From NCBI GenBank assembly GCA_973895155.1, contig OZ316894.1, forward strand, positions 27,075,422 to 27,139,421: a DNA stretch of 64,000 bases, given 5' to 3'. The notes beneath the pieces were generated by a model that saw only the letters and a program-made list of their open reading frames with translations, was not told where the DNA came from and did not search any database. Origin of the DNA: Marsupella aquatica (taxonomy: Eukaryota > Plantae > Marchantiophyta). Positions 1 through 13,051 of the stretch are shown piece after piece (position 1 is the first letter of the stretch; every line of letters begins with the position of its first letter). Made by a program: the position numbers and the translations under genes.

Positions 1-2023
1 GAAGGGCATTGAGATTGACAAAGGTAAGCTAGCAGTATGGCTAGATATCATGCAACCTAAGAACATAAAAGATGTAAGATCCTTCTTGGGATGCATTGGT
101 TACTATCGCCGGTTTATCAAGGATTTTGCCAAGCTGGCTTTACCATTAACCAATATGCTCAAGGCAGGAGCAGACTTCGAACCCACACCCGAACGAGTCA
201 CAGCGGTGGTAGAATTGAAGCAGATGTTAGTAGAGGCCCCAGTCATGATAGCACCGGACTGGAACAAAGATTTTCATGTTTTTGTAGATGTCTCGGGCTT
301 CTGTATTGGCTCAGTACTAAGTCAGTTGGATGAGAAAGGAAGGGACCATCCCATATACTTCGCAAGCCGTCAGCTTGCCGATGCCGAACGGAACTACTCT
401 ACCACGGAAAGAGAAGCATTAGGAGTCATTTATTCTTGTAAAAAGTTTAGGCATTATTTACTAGGGTACAAGGTAATCTTTCATACTGATCATGAAAGTT
501 TGAAGTACCTAGTCAATAAGCCGGACCTTACAGGCAGAGTAGCAAGATGGATTTTGCTATTACAAGAGTTTGACTATGAGCTGAGGATCAAGCCGGGAAA
601 GTTACATGCCAATGCCGACTTCTTTTCAAGGATCACAGGTAAACCTGCCACGGATTGCATCGATGATCGATTCCCCGACGAGGAGCTATTCGTTGTGGAA
701 ATAGCTGGTACATGGTACCCTGAGATTTTACAATTTCTCAGCACTTCCAGATTACAGCCAGGATTAAGCCGAGAGCAAGCCGCAGTCTTTGTGCGGAAGG
801 TCAGACAGTATCAGTGCATTAAAGGCATACTGCACAAGCATGGAATCAACGGCACAATTCAAAGGTGTTTGGAAAAGAGAGAGGTAAAACGAGTCCTACG
901 GGCCATGCATGGAGAGGAGGCCAGAGGACATTTTGCCCCAGTAACCACGTCTAAGAAAATATTAAATGCCGGTTACTGGTGGCCCACCTTGCACAAGGAT
1001 GTCTATCAGTTTATCAAACAATGCGATCCTTGTCAACGAGCGGGAGGACCAAGGGCGTCCACCAGGCATCCACTGCACCCTATTCTACCTCTGGCACCAT
1101 TCGAGAAGTGGGGTATTGATTACATTGGACCTCTGAAACCATTGACCCACCCTCGACGGAACAAGTACATAATCCTGGCTACGGATTATGCAACTAAATG
1201 GGTAGAGGCCAGACCAACAACGAAGGATGATGCAATTACTACGGCTAGATTCATGTATGAGCAGATCTTCACCAGGTATGGAGCACCCCTAGAATTAGTT
1301 AGTGATAGAGGAACCCATTTTTTGAATGATATAATTAGTCGTTTAAATGAGCAGTATTTAGTTAAACATAGGCCTACTACTCCCTACCATCCAAAGGCAA
1401 ACGGGTTGACAGAACGAGCAAACGGAATCATAGGAAATATATTGAACAAGACAGTAGCTCAGAACAAACTCGATTGGGATGATAAATTGTTTGCTGCTGT
1501 TTTTGCTTACAATCTGGCCTATAAATCCACTACCGGTCATACACCCTTCTTCTTAACCTTTGGACAAGAAGCCCTGGTACCCATGCAACTTGAGATACCG
1601 ACATTTCAAGTTACAATTGAGGAAAGAGCCTCAGCGGAGGAGACCCTAAAGGAGCGAGAATATAGGTTAGAAGCTTTAGAGGAAGCGAGAATGATTTCAG
1701 CCGAGAGAGTAGAATATAGACAGAATATCATGAAGCAGCAGTATGATAAAAGGTTAAAAGTAGTTAGTATTCATACCGGTGATCTTGTGTTACTTTATGA
1801 CAGTAGGTATAGTAGGTTTCCAGGGAAGCTTTACACTCGCTGGTTAGGACCCTTTAGAGTAACCATGATGTTCCCCAATGGCTCCGTACAATTGGCCAAC
1901 ATTACGGGAGAGGTATATCCAGTTCGCATCCATTATGACCGCCTCAAGAAATACTATATGGACGAAGATGAAGTTGTTCGCGAGGACGCTTCACAATTAA
2001 GTGGGGAGCTATGTGATGCCTAG
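1..2023 (+). CDS. pol: Ty3/gypsy pol, 3' part (RT thumb, RNase H, integrase); non-chromoviral, Athila/Phygy-like
   Basis: Frame is open from base 2. Motifs: VRSFLG, VDVSG, ERNYSTTEREALG, TDH, HANAD; integrase HHCC zinc finger (H..GH..C..C); core WGIDYIGP, SDRG, NGLTER; GPF motif WLGPFRV. No chromodomain, and no additional RNase H between RNase H and integrase. Confidence 0.96.
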   Translation, partial: KGIEIDKGKLAVWLDIMQPKNIKDVRSFLGCIGYYRRFIKDFAKLALPLTNMLKAGADFEPTPERVTAVVELKQMLVEAPVMIAPDWNKDFHVFVDVSGFCIGSVLSQLDEKGRDHPIYFASRQLADAERNYSTTEREALGVIYSCKKFRHYLLGYKVIFHTDHESLKYLVNKPDLTGRVARWILLLQEFDYELRIKPGKLHANADFFSRITGKPATDCIDDRFPDEELFVVEIAGTWYPEILQFLSTSRLQPGLSREQAAVFVRKVRQYQCIKGILHKHGINGTIQRCLEKREVKRVLRAMHGEEARGHFAPVTTSKKILNAGYWWPTLHKDVYQFIKQCDPCQRAGGPRASTRHPLHPILPLAPFEKWGIDYIGPLKPLTHPRRNKYIILATDYATKWVEARPTTKDDAITTARFMYEQIFTRYGAPLELVSDRGTHFLNDIISRLNEQYLVKHRPTTPYHPKANGLTERANGIIGNILNKTVAQNKLDWDDKLFAAVFAYNLAYKSTTGHTPFFLTFGQEALVPMQLEIPTFQVTIEERASAEETLKEREYRLEALEEARMISAERVEYRQNIMKQQYDKRLKVVSIHTGDLVLLYDSRYSRFPGKLYTRWLGPFRVTMMFPNGSVQLANITGEVYPVRIHYDRLKKYYMDEDEVVREDASQLSGELCDA

Positions 2024-2384
2024 ACAGGAATCACTCGGCCGGTTAAGTGGGTAAAGCAGGAAGGCACCCTAGGAACACCTTAGTATAGTGACAAAACAAG
2101 GAAAATATAAACAATTAGGGGCAACCATGGAACCCGGGCAGAGGCCGGAGGTAAGGCTGAGGGTGAAAAACCGATTAGGGTTAGGACGCGTTAAGCGTCG
2201 GCGGCTAGGAAGGATCAACGGGAAGAAGGACCGGCAGAGGAGAGGGGTAAGGAGCGCTTGCAGGAGATGGTGGCTCATTTGCGAGCACGAACTAGGCAGA
2301 CGACTACGGGAGGCCAACTACTGTCAGCTGCTTAGGCAAGCACTCGGGGAGAGAGTAGATACCGACGATCAACCTAAGGAGGGT

Positions 2385-5300
2385 ATGAGCAACGTCAATC
2401 AAGCGGCACATTTCTGGGGATGCCTGTTCGAACGGGCAACTGAGTACATCAAGACTTACGAGGACGAGGAGTCAGAAAGGGCAGCTCGAGAACGGCAGGA
2501 GCTCGCTCGATTGTGGGAGCTGCAGAAGATGGCTTTCTTAGGAGGCGAACTCATCAAGGACGAGTTCCTGTGGACGCCTACTTCCAATCAACTCGACGAT
2601 CTTCTGTTTTGCAAAGACAGCGTCGTCGGCATCCGAGAGGCCATCAAGAACTGCAACGACATACACTGGGAATTAAAGGGTAGCACGGAAAGGTGGACCC
2701 GGGCAACGGTGCTAGGAGAAACCTCCACGGCAGCAGAGATGAAGAGGAAGGGAGCCGTCAACGATGAAGCCACCCCTGCAAAAAGAACGAGGTAGGCGGC
2801 ACCAAAGAAGCCAGCCGAGCAGCATAGCAGGAGGCAGGGAGAAGCCGAAGAGGAGGAGGTCGATCCCATCAAGGCCATTCCAACCAGGGATGACACCTGG
2901 AAGGGCTGGGCGGCAACCCTACCGGTGGAGGTGCAACTACATTTTGCACGGGAGGAGGATGAATGCTTTACGGCCATGCAGACCAAGAAGTACCAAGGCT
3001 TCATGGCCGGATCCGGCTTGGAGGCCTTTGTAAGATTACCATGGCTGAAGCCGGAGGTACCGGAGTCAGACCTATTAGAATTCGTGGGGTCATGGGAACC
3101 CGAGACCAATTGCACGAGGATATATGGGAAGGATTTCTATCTTACTCCCAAGGTGATTGCCGAAGTGTTTGGCTTGCCGATGGGCAATAAGACCAAAGTT
3201 GATACCAGGAAGACCTTGCCTGACAAGGAGTTCCGGTCGTTCCCCGGGCCATCAACGAAGAATGGCTTCTTCCGGAACACCTGCACCAACCCGCACATAG
3301 GAGAGATGATCGACTTCTTGCGGGTGACCATGCATTGTAACTTGCCGAGGGCAGAGATCGGCAAGGCACAGGTCTATCTGGCAGAAAGGCCAGACCCAAG
3401 CCGGGACTACAACGGGTACCTCCTCAACCAATTGAAGAAGATCTTAAAGGAGGAGCAGCAGGTAATCGGCATGGGGAGCGTGTCGCGGCTTGGCTATCAC
3501 ATGCCGCTGTTGTGCCGGTATGCCAGAGGTCAGACTTTTGCCCCGGTACTTCCCCTGCAGGTAAGGGCACCCGAGGAAGCTCCAACGCCGAGGCCGTTGG
3601 CTAAGAAGCCTCAACCACCTGTTAGTCCTACGATCGAGCAGGTGTTTAGGCCCAGGAAGGAAGACTTGCCGATGCAGCAACCAGGCATGCAGAGTCTGCT
3701 GAAACTACTGGAGAAAGAAAAGAGATCGGCATCGGCAAAAACAACGGCAACGGCAACAATGCAGGACACTACTACAGAGGTAGGCCTACACCGGCTCACA
3801 AGAGAAAACCCCTTTGCTGGAGACAAGGAGAGAATCAGGCCGGAATCCAAGCCAGGTGTTCGAATGTACGTGGGAACCTCAAGCTCCGAATCTGAGGCAG
3901 AATTGCCTGAAGCTCCTACCAACGAAGAGGAGAGGGAGAAGCCGGACGTCCAAGAGGTAGAGGAGGCAGTGGAGGACTGCAGCCATGATAATTCCGGCTA
4001 TGGGTCGGACCATCACGTTCCAGGAGTAAGGACCTGTGGCCGGTTTTTCCCCACACTTCCAAGGGTAGTGCGAGGGGACCCCAACCAGCAGAGTAGCCCT
4101 GAGTCTCCCCCACCAGATGTTGCTCCCCCGAGCTTCGACGGCATAAAACAGACGGTGCAGGAATTTCAGGAGCGAATCAAGCAGGAGGAAGAGGCCGCCC
4201 TGGCTAAGGAAAAGGATTTACCAGGAGGAGATTGGCGGGAGGACATCAGGCGGCTAGCCGAAAAAGGAAGCAAACCTCTAGCCACGATTGAAGAGATCCG
4301 CAGGACGGCTTGGGAGCAGAGGCCACGATGGGCAATGCCGATCACTTCTACTTACTCCACCTACGCTAAGAATAGAGCCATGGAGTATGGTGAGATGTGT
4401 GGGGAACTTGCGCTCGGCATCTTTGGAGAGGAGTTGGAGGTAGGACCCTTTTTCCATAGGGAGCAGTTGGAGAAGCACCAATTAGAAGAAGCGGTGGCTT
4501 TAGAGAGAAGCAAGAAGGACGAGGTCATTCGGCGGCTTAGGAGGATGGAAGCCGAGATTGAAGATCTAAGGGCGGCCAAGAAAGCCCAAGATGAACTGCG
4601 GATTAAACGACATGAGCTGAACATCATGCAGGGGCAGTTGGACGCCGCGCAGGTTGATAATCAGAATATCAAGGATAAACTGACTCAGACGCAGGAAGAG
4701 TTGGCCGACACGATCAAAGAAAGGGAAAAGTGGAAGCAAGAGCTGAAGAATACAGAGGAGGCCCACATAACAGCCAACAGCCGGGCCATGGCGGAGACCC
4801 AAAGAAAGGAATGGGCGTTGAAAGGGGAGCTCGAGAAAATCCGCGGAGCCCTTGAGCAGAAGGAGGTCGAGTTAGGGAAATCCTATCAAGGGATTATGGC
4901 GCTGCAGCAGGAGCTTGCGTCCCTGACGACCAGCTTCAAGGCCGACCTAAGGGAGAAGGACGAGATGCTCGAACAGACTTACGCCAAGATGAACCAGATG
5001 GAGTCTGTCATCATTGCAGAGCTCGACAAGGAGCTAAGAGCAACCCAGGAGGAGAAGGCTACCTTAAAGAAGGAATTGGAGGAAGCCCACAGGGAGCAGG
5101 AGGAGGCCAAAAACGAGCTGGAGGGGGCACGTAAGGACCTGGATGAAACCCAAGAGGAGTTGGAGGAAATCACGAGGAAGATGGAGAACCTACAGCGGCG
5201 GGCCGACAACCAAACAGAGCGGCTGAAGAAACAAGCCGCAGTATTTAAATGCTTAGCTGCAGCAGGTCCATCTCCTGTTGGGACAAACCAGTTACCAGGG

Positions 5301-5750
5301 GTGGTAATTGCCGAAGGACAAGCCGCGCCACCTGCACCAGTGCCGGAAGTAAGTGGGAAGGGGAAGGGACCAGCTGCCAAGCCACCAACGAAGAAGAAGC
5401 GGAAACCTTCAGGGTCAAGGAGTAATACGACTTCACAGGCCGTGGTGATCAAGGAGGTAGACCCAGCACCGACCCCAGACAGGGTCACGGCTAAGGATCC
5501 AACTACCCTAGGGGAAGGGGAAGCCGAAGCCGTGGGAGTGGCTGAGGCCGAAGCCGTGGGAGTGGCTGAGGCCGAAGCCGTGGGTATTGCCGAGGCCGGT
5601 GTCGAGGCTGAAGCCGAAGGTGGACCCAGTCAGGCCGATGGAGAGTTGACTCGGTCAAGGGCAGGTAATCTGTCAGTAGGCGGGCCAACGGCAGTGGCTG
5701 AGGAGGAAGTGTTGGGGGCGTCCATTGAGGATCCACCACCGGTGTCGTGA
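2385..5750 (+). pseudogene. Gypsy extra ORF downstream of pol: TE-associated domain plus long coiled coil, interrupted by one in-frame TAG at 2793-2795
   Basis: ORFs 2088-2795 and 2925-5750 share a frame, and 2796-2924 is stop-free. The homolog at 41238-42575 (-) reads through the equivalent position. Likely start is the ATG at 2385 (MSNVNQAAHFWG, matching MVNQARHYWG in the homolog). E/K/Q-rich heptad-like stretch at about 4450-5240. Confidence 0.8.
5518..5615 (+). repeat. 24-bp coding tandem repeat (GVAEAEAV, about 3 copies)
   Basis: gccgaagccgtgggagtggctgag is repeated in frame. Confidence 0.85.
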
Positions 5751-6429
5751 CGGTGCAAGGGCGCCGTTCCTTTTAGGGAGGGCGGACGTGGAGGGAGGAG
5801 GCGTGAGTGGGCAGGGCGGGCACGGATCTCCACGTTTAGGATTAGGATCCGAACCAGGAGCGGCCCTGACACTTAGCTTAGTGGGATTGCGGTCCCACTG
5901 GTAGGAGCAACACTTGTGCTCCTGCCTTGCTGTACATAGGTAGATTCGGGCAAGTAGATTACTGTTAAGTAGATTAGGCTTACGATGCAAAGAATGGCGG
6001 ATCCACTACCAGGATAAGTACCTGGGCAGCGGGGAGCTCAGGGCCTCTTCTTTAGCAAGTTTTTAGTTTGCACCAGCCGGGCTGGGATCAAGTAGTACGA
6101 GAAGCTCTCGGTTAGTCATACAGTGACCCTTGTGTATATTCATGTTTCCTCATGCCTAAGAGCTGAATAGAGTTGGCCTCACGGCTTAGTTCGCAGAACT
6201 TGTGTATGAGATGTACTGTTTGTATGGCAAGTGCATGGTATGACTCAGTCAGAATGAGTCATTTTGCTATTTGTGTGTCGCATTAACTTGTGTGAAGAGT
6301 GCCCACATCAACAGAAGGAAGGAAAGTAAGCAGGGGAGTGAGAGTTGGATGTGTCGAGCTGAGAGAGGTCTTAGCGGCTTAACCAAAGGATCATTCCGGC
6401 AGTGGGAATCCAAACATACCTAACAAGAC

Positions 6430-6658
6430 GGAGGGGAAGACAGGGGAAGACAGGGGAAGGCCTATATTAGGCCGGCTACGTATCTCATGACCCGATGAAG
6501 GATCTGTCCAGTATATGTGTGTAAAATGTTAATAGTAGTAGTAGAAGGTTAGCAGCGTCCCATGCCGCTAAGCCGCGGAAACGGCCTCGCCAAGCACGAA
6601 ACCTGCGGGAATCGGCTTGAGCTGGGGGGTTTCTTGGGTTTAGGGAGCCATGGGACGC
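6430..6658 (+). mobile_element. Putative gypsy PPT and short 3' LTR
   Basis: Purine tract (ggggaagaca)x2-ggggaagg at about 6431-6460, then about 200 bp non-coding ending ...gacgCA just before LINE coding sequence. The 5' LTR is outside the window, so the boundaries are unverified. Confidence 0.35.
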
Positions 6659-9600
6659 ACCACAGCTTCTAAGCAACAAGGAGGACCTGGCGCTTCTAGA
6701 AGGAGCCTAGAGGGAAGGAAGGAGGGAATTTGCAAACCCTGTGCTGCGATTTTCAAAAGCGTGCTCCAATTTTAGGCAAAAATACATGGAGTTACAAGCA
6801 AGACCAAGGCTGGCAGAGGTTGAGATGGAGTTTCTTAGAGCGAGAATGAGAGCACTGAAAGCATCCATTCTGGAGGAACACACAGAGGATGAAATCAAGG
6901 AATACACGGAAACAGAAGACACACTGCATGCAACCGAGTTGGAAGTGGCTAATAAGGGACGGAGACTTGCAAGGATTAAATGGCTGGGAGAAGGAGACGA
7001 ATCAACAAAGTTCTTCTATGCGATAGTAAAGGCTAAACGCGCCCGAGAAACCATGAACCTGATTCTCAAAGAGGATGGGACGGAGATAACAGAGGCGGCA
7101 AGCATTGTGCTTGAAGTGGAGAAAATGTGTCAAGCACTTTATGCACCGCAGGAACCCTCACAAAGGGAGACACAAGAACGACGGCAAGAGAGGAGACGTC
7201 TACTGCAACACACAAAATTTGCGCTTACAGCGGCAGAGAGAATGAAATTGGAAGCTCTCCCGACAACTAAAGAGGTGAAGGAAGTGCTTTGGATGCTACC
7301 AGGAGACAAATCGCCTGGCCCAGACGGCTTAACGGCATAAGTACTGCGCGCATGCTGGGAGTTTCTGGGACAGGACTTGGTGGAAATGATACAAGAATTC
7401 TGGATGACAGGAGAGATTGATAGTGCGTTAAAAGAAGGGATAATAAAGCTCATTCCGAAGAAGCCTGATAAGAGATCACTGAAGGACTGGCGTCCCCTTA
7501 CAATGTTGAACACAACGTACAAAGTCATTGCTAAGATCCTGGCATTGCGGTTACAAGAAATCATGAACAAGATAATCAGCCCCCAACAGACCGGATTTAT
7601 ACAGGGGCGCCACATTCTGGAAAACATCTCACTGGCCTGGCTCGCATGTGACTGGATACTGCACAAGAAGACGGAGGCACTTTTCTTGAAGTTGGATTTC
7701 GAAAAGGCCTTTGACAGGGTGAATCACGAATACATATGGGACACAATGCACTTACTGGGAATAAGTGGCCACTTTATCACACTGGTACGGGCTCTGTTGG
7801 CTGGATCTTTCTCGAAGGCAATGGTCAATGGTTTTGCGACGGGTATGATTGAGCTTAAGAGGGGGGTGAGACAGGGCTGCCCCTTGTCACCCCTACTTTT
7901 TGTCATCTCGACACAACCGCTGATGGACTTCTTAGCTACGGAGATGGAGGCTGGGAGACTTAGTGGACTGTCAATCATGGACACACTCACAATATGCTAC
8001 AGATTATTCGCAGATGATGTTGGAATGTTCATTCCTGCCACGGAGGAAGCTTTCACCCAGGCACAAACTGCACTTGCATGTTATGAAATGGGTTCTGGAG
8101 CAAAGCTGAACCTACGAAAATCTGTGGTGATTCCCTTGGCAATTGAGGTCATCCCGGATTGGCTGCTGTACTCTGGCTGTCAAGTGAGTGCAATGGGGGA
8201 GGTTCAGAAATATCTGGGCGCTCCCTTGGGGGCCGGTCTGAAGACTGAGCAACTGCACAGATTCTGCCTAGATAAAATCAGCTCACGACTGTCATCCTGG
8301 ACAAATAAGCTCCTCTCTTTCACAGGTCGAACCTTATTGGTCAAACACGTGCTCCAGGCCATCCCAATCTACCATGTGATGCACCTCAAGGCTTCAGCGG
8401 GTCTGGCCAAGAAACTCATTGCCCTCAGTAGAGATTTTCTGTGGGGATATAATCCTGCAGGTGGGAAGAAAATTCCGCTGGTGGCATGGGACAAGATGAC
8501 ACTTCCAAAAATAGAGGGCGGCCTGGGATTCAAGGACTTCAGAAGCCACTCCAATGCATTATTATCACAATGGTTCACTAAGGCCCTAGAGTATCCAGAC
8601 AGGGAATGGTCGAAGATGCTGGCAGCCAACTTATCTTTAATGGGATGGTTGAATTACAAGGTGATCAGAAGAAACAATTACACGTTCAAGGATAGGCTTC
8701 TGCTCTACTCCTAGGGCAGGCGGTGGTCTCAGGTATACAAGTGGTCTATGGAAGGCTTGGGAGGAGTTGCGTGCCCATCTGGCTTTTTGTCCTGGGAGAT
8801 ATGGTGCCCCTGGACGCTGGAGCATTAACGATGCAATTAGATGTATGGTAGATTTCAATTCATTGCCAAATGTGGACATTGTAGGAGTCACTGCTATTTG
8901 TGGACGCTTGGGAATGAGATCAATTCAGGACGGATGGTCGGTGGAGACAGGGGGCTGGAAAGACCTTCCGCTTAGGGGGCAGGTGCTGCGAGGATTCACT
9001 GGGGAGCACAGAGGGCTGGCTAGAGCGTTCCTAGGGAGAATTTGGGAGTCAACTGCCTGCAGGTGGGACAGGGATCCTCCGGCCAGACAGTGGCGCTGGT
9101 CTGACAGGGCAGAACCTCTCAAGGACTTTCAGATCACCAACTGCAGGGTCTACCAGTTCTTGAGACCCAAGATGAGCCTTCATGTGCTGCTTAATAGGTG
9201 TTGGTCCTCACACCGGTCGGAAATTGAATGGTGCATTGGATGGAAGAAGCTGTGGATTTCTGACCTCTCCTGCAGGGCAAAAACCTTTATCTGGCGGATC
9301 CTGGTTGGTGGATTGTTTACTGGTCAACGGGCCCTCCGTATCCAGGCTGGTACTGGGAATTGCAAGCTTTGCTGTGGGGTCTTGGAGATGATGCAACATT
9401 TGTTCATTGAATGTTCCCATGCCTCATGTTGCTGGAGGATGTGTGATAGGATTTTGACAGAGCTTCGCTTACCCATTGGAGGTGGTCTGCTGGCTATTCT
9501 TGATGCATCGACAGGACCGGAGCCTATTCACACTGCTAGGATCTTTTGTGTATATCAGACTCTCTGGATGATTTGGCTGGGAAGAAATGAACATATGTTC

Positions 9601-10038
9601 TCTGACAAGGTGGGACGTTCATTTGACTTGGGCCTGATGCTTGCTGAGACTGCCAATCACATCCATGCGGTTGGGGCTGGTTTACGCTTTGGGCGGCGTC
9701 GCTCTCGGTTGAACCGGGCTCAGGAATGGTTGCGAGGAACGAGGCAAATCTGGCTTAGACGGAGTGGGGACAGGATTCTCTTGGTGCCCTCTAGCGGCGG
9801 CGTTGCTGATTGAGGGGTCTGCTTTTTGGAGGGCTGCTGTGGGGAGGGCATGGGTGCTCTCTTGATCGGTGTTATTTCCCTTCTTTGAGGGGGGGCTCTC
9901 CCTGGGGCTTTGATGCTCTCTTTTGTGCTTTTGGGCTCTCTTTGTGGCTCGCTAGTGTGCTGTTGCTGTCCCTGTATTAAGGGCTGTTGTTCCCCCTATC
10001 CGTGGGGTCTTTCACGGTATTAAAATTTATAAAAAAAA
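6659..10038 (+). mobile_element. L1-clade LINE; ORF2 (RT and zinc finger) disrupted, 5' part absent
   Basis: Motifs WLGEGD, KSPGPDG, WRPLTMLN, KLDFEKAFD, RGVRQGCPLSP, LFADD, KYLG, GGLG, C-terminal CKLC..HLF..C. Stops at 6708 and 7338, frameshift near 8710. A-rich tail at about 10021-10038. Confidence 0.93.
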
Positions 10039-10152
10039 CCATTCCAATGAATATAATCATGGTCTGGATAAGACAGTGCCAATAGTAGGTCAAATAAGTA
10101 TGACCTTAGAATTACATATCTATCTCTATCTTATGAAGGTAGTTTCATATGT

Positions 10153-10749
10153 TCAGGGCCCAAGGCCAACAGAATCACTCTCCAAGCAGATTTTCTTCCC
10201 AGCTCTTGCAGAAATAGCATCATGCTGATGAGTGGATGGAACTCTTGTACTATTCGACACGTAGGGTGTGTCAGAGACCAAAGAATCTACTACGCGAAGT
10301 GGAAGTTTGCCTTTCAAAGCATGTGTATGTCCTGGATCTATTCTGTGCATAGTAATCTCCCGAGTAATCTTGGACAGGTTGGGAGAAATTGGGACCAAAG
10401 GTTCCCGTGCTTCTACTACAAGTTTTCTCTCAGTTGCAGTCTTTGTAGAGATTGTTTTATTCTTATGTCCTCTCCGCTGCAACATCTGAACAACCTCTGA
10501 TTGCAGGACTTCCAATGTCTTGTTCTCGCTGAGAAGCCGATGGTTTTCTGCTTTCAACCTCTCAACCTCGTGTTTCAATTCCTGGGTCTCTCTATCACGA
10601 ATTTTGGCATTTAACATGTCCGTCTGCAACGCAGGCCAAAGGTCTTCACAAAGCATTGACTGCACATGAGTCAAGTACTCTTTTGCCTCTTTTATCTTCC
10701 CCAAATAATTAGTAGCAAGGCCCTTCAGATTATCTTTGCTAGGCTCCAT
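10153..10749 (-). CDS. Hypothetical coiled-coil protein (198 aa), probably the last exon of a spliced transcript
   Basis: ATG-initiated ORF with a heptad-like stretch (ELKHEVERLKAENHRLLSEN). A tttcag acceptor lies just upstream at about 10768. Confidence 0.4.
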   Translation of the reverse strand: MEPSKDNLKGLATNYLGKIKEAKEYLTHVQSMLCEDLWPALQTDMLNAKIRDRETQELKHEVERLKAENHRLLSENKTLEVLQSEVVQMLQRRGHKNKTISTKTATERKLVVEAREPLVPISPNLSKITREITMHRIDPGHTHALKGKLPLRVVDSLVSDTPYVSNSTRVPSTHQHDAISARAGKKICLESDSVGLGP

Positions 10750-12281
10750 TGTGTCAAAACCTGACCCTGAAAGGAATTTTCACAACAAATTTGACATAGC
10801 AAAGTTGTTGTACTTCATGAATAGTTTATGTGCCTTTCTAAGTATGTATTGGGCGGTATGTTTGGGTACTATTTAATGCACAAGTCTACCGCAACCACTA
10901 CAAAGGAAGCAAGTAGTCACGACCTACAATTGTGCACTCCCTTCCAAGCTCCCTTCATGATCAGGTATACTACATTGGTGCACTCCAAACTACCCTATGT
11001 ATAGAGTTTGTTGTACAGTATGAGCTTGAGTATATGAAACAATCGAGCATCATCATTCAAACCAAACTATACTGACGTTGGGCATACAAAAGCTATAAAA
11101 CTGAATCCAAAATTTGAATTGCACTTGACATGACTTCAAAACATTCCACAGTTCAATTGAAAGTGATCCATCCAGGTTAATTACACAAAATGTGAGACGC
11201 ATCCACTCGCTCGGCAGGGCAGCATCCTGCCCCAGCCCTACTCTTCGCATTCCACCACAGCAATGTAGAGCCTGGTCTAGCCACTATTGCCGATCGATCC
11301 AGAAAGTGAGAAGGAGCCTCCTCTCTCACATTTGTTACACTCTTTGGGCAAGGCAGCATCCTGCGCCTAGCCCCAGTCTTCCGTGTTCCACCACAGCCAT
11401 GTATAGTAGAACCTGTCTAGCCTGGTTGGATCACAGCTGCTCTAGCCACCTACCTAGTTTCAACAACCGATGGGGAGTACAGAGAAGACGGCTGGCTGAT
11501 TGATTGACTTTCAGTAGAGGTCGGTGGTGATTTTGCACATGTTGAAGAGAGAGGCAGGCGGGAGATGAAGGAGTCATTCTCACAAATTATCGACAATTGA
11601 AATGCAGCATAGAATGTGAGACTTCAACTTACTTGTGAGCTTGATTGGAATCGGTAAGGTTAGTCGGGCAGTGTTTTTCAATTGTTGTCGCGTGTTGATG
11701 CTGTGGTTGCTGTTTCAACGCTTACAAATTGAAAGAATCTGGAGGCATGATCAAAAGTGACTGCTATTGAATGCATGTACAATCCTTATCTATTTCTACA
11801 CTCTCAATGTCGTCTCAATGCTGAAAGCTTACCATATGCTGACTTCAATTTCTACACTCTCACGAGCACTCTCATGATGCTCTCAAGTTCAAATACGTCG
11901 CAGTGACGGGAACACATGCGAAGTGTTCAGGTGAAGCGCACAGTGAATTGTTGAAGCATTTCATATGTAGGGCAATTTGTAGGGTCTCCTACGTGTACGA
12001 GCAGGTGAGAGTTGATAACCAGGACCGGATCAGGCGCACGGCAAAATCATAGGCAGCCCAGTTCAGTGACATGTGGAAAGCAAATGCCATTGTCTTCTGT
12101 GCCATGCAAAGGTCGGGACTGTGAAGGGTTGCAAGGTTTGCGTGCCTTGCCCTTCCAGGTCCTAGTTTAGTGCCGTCAAGACGGCCTCGTTCAGGGGATA
12201 ATTTTGTTCACTCAGGGGCTGCCACCGTTTGTATGAAAGGCCATTTTTTGAAGGACCGTCTACATATATGCAAGACGGCCC

Positions 12282-13051
12282 TAAGAGTCCGAGCCTTCGG
12301 TATACTGGTCTGTTATGCATAGACTGAAGTGTGTGGCGGATTCACGAGCAGTCTGGTTTGGAAATTTTGAGGTGGTGAATCGTTGCATGTTTAATTGATT
12401 GTCATGATAGACTGCGGATCAGAAGGCCTTACATCGCGCGGTTGCAGGATTTTGACTGGGATTTTGGTGATCTAGGGTTTGGTGGATGGTGAGTTTGAAA
12501 GCCTCATACCGTAGTTTTCACCCTTGTGGTGTGCTCTTTCCTCTATCACTTCCTCTGTTGCTACGATTTTTGTCACCTTGAGGGGTTTCATTTCTGCCTG
12601 TCATTTGTATGTGCTTTCTTTTGTTATAACTTGCATCTGTGGTTGTCTTGTCTCTGCCTGGTTTCATAGCATATATCTTAAGAAGTAAGCAGTATATTGC
12701 TCAGCCTGCAAGATCCAATGGCGAGTGGTGAAGAAGAAAATATTATGAACCTGCTTCGGGGAACTATTCATGACGAAACACAACTGCGAGACGTTGCTGT
12801 GAAACTATGCCTTGGCTGGGTCGGAGTACCTCTGTTGCTAGAGTCGTCAGAATTGGAGCTCGAAGCCATAATCCGGCGCGTGTTCTTAGTGGCACTTGAC
12901 AGATTGGAAATGGCAATTAAGTTTGCAATTCGGCTTCAAAAAGGAAACTCTACGGATGGTAATTCCAACTGAATTTCATAGCAATGTGTTTCTCGTCAGT
13001 ATCTTCTGGTTCTTGTTCTGGTTTGTCTTTTTGTTGAGTTTTTTCCTTTGA
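12282..13051 (+). pseudogene. Truncated duplicate of the promoter and exon 1 of the Crinkler-like gene
   Basis: Closely matches 15731-16495 and encodes MASGEEENIMNLLRG...GNSTDG. Similarity ends inside intron 1. Confidence 0.85.

Noticed and set aside
2793-2795. Programmed stop-codon readthrough
   Set aside because: No CARYYA context, and the homolog has sense codons here and its own stops elsewhere; C>T decay is simpler.
4450-5240. SMC, myosin or viral env gene
   Set aside because: Only generic coiled-coil composition; no Walker motifs, motor domain or transmembrane helix visible.
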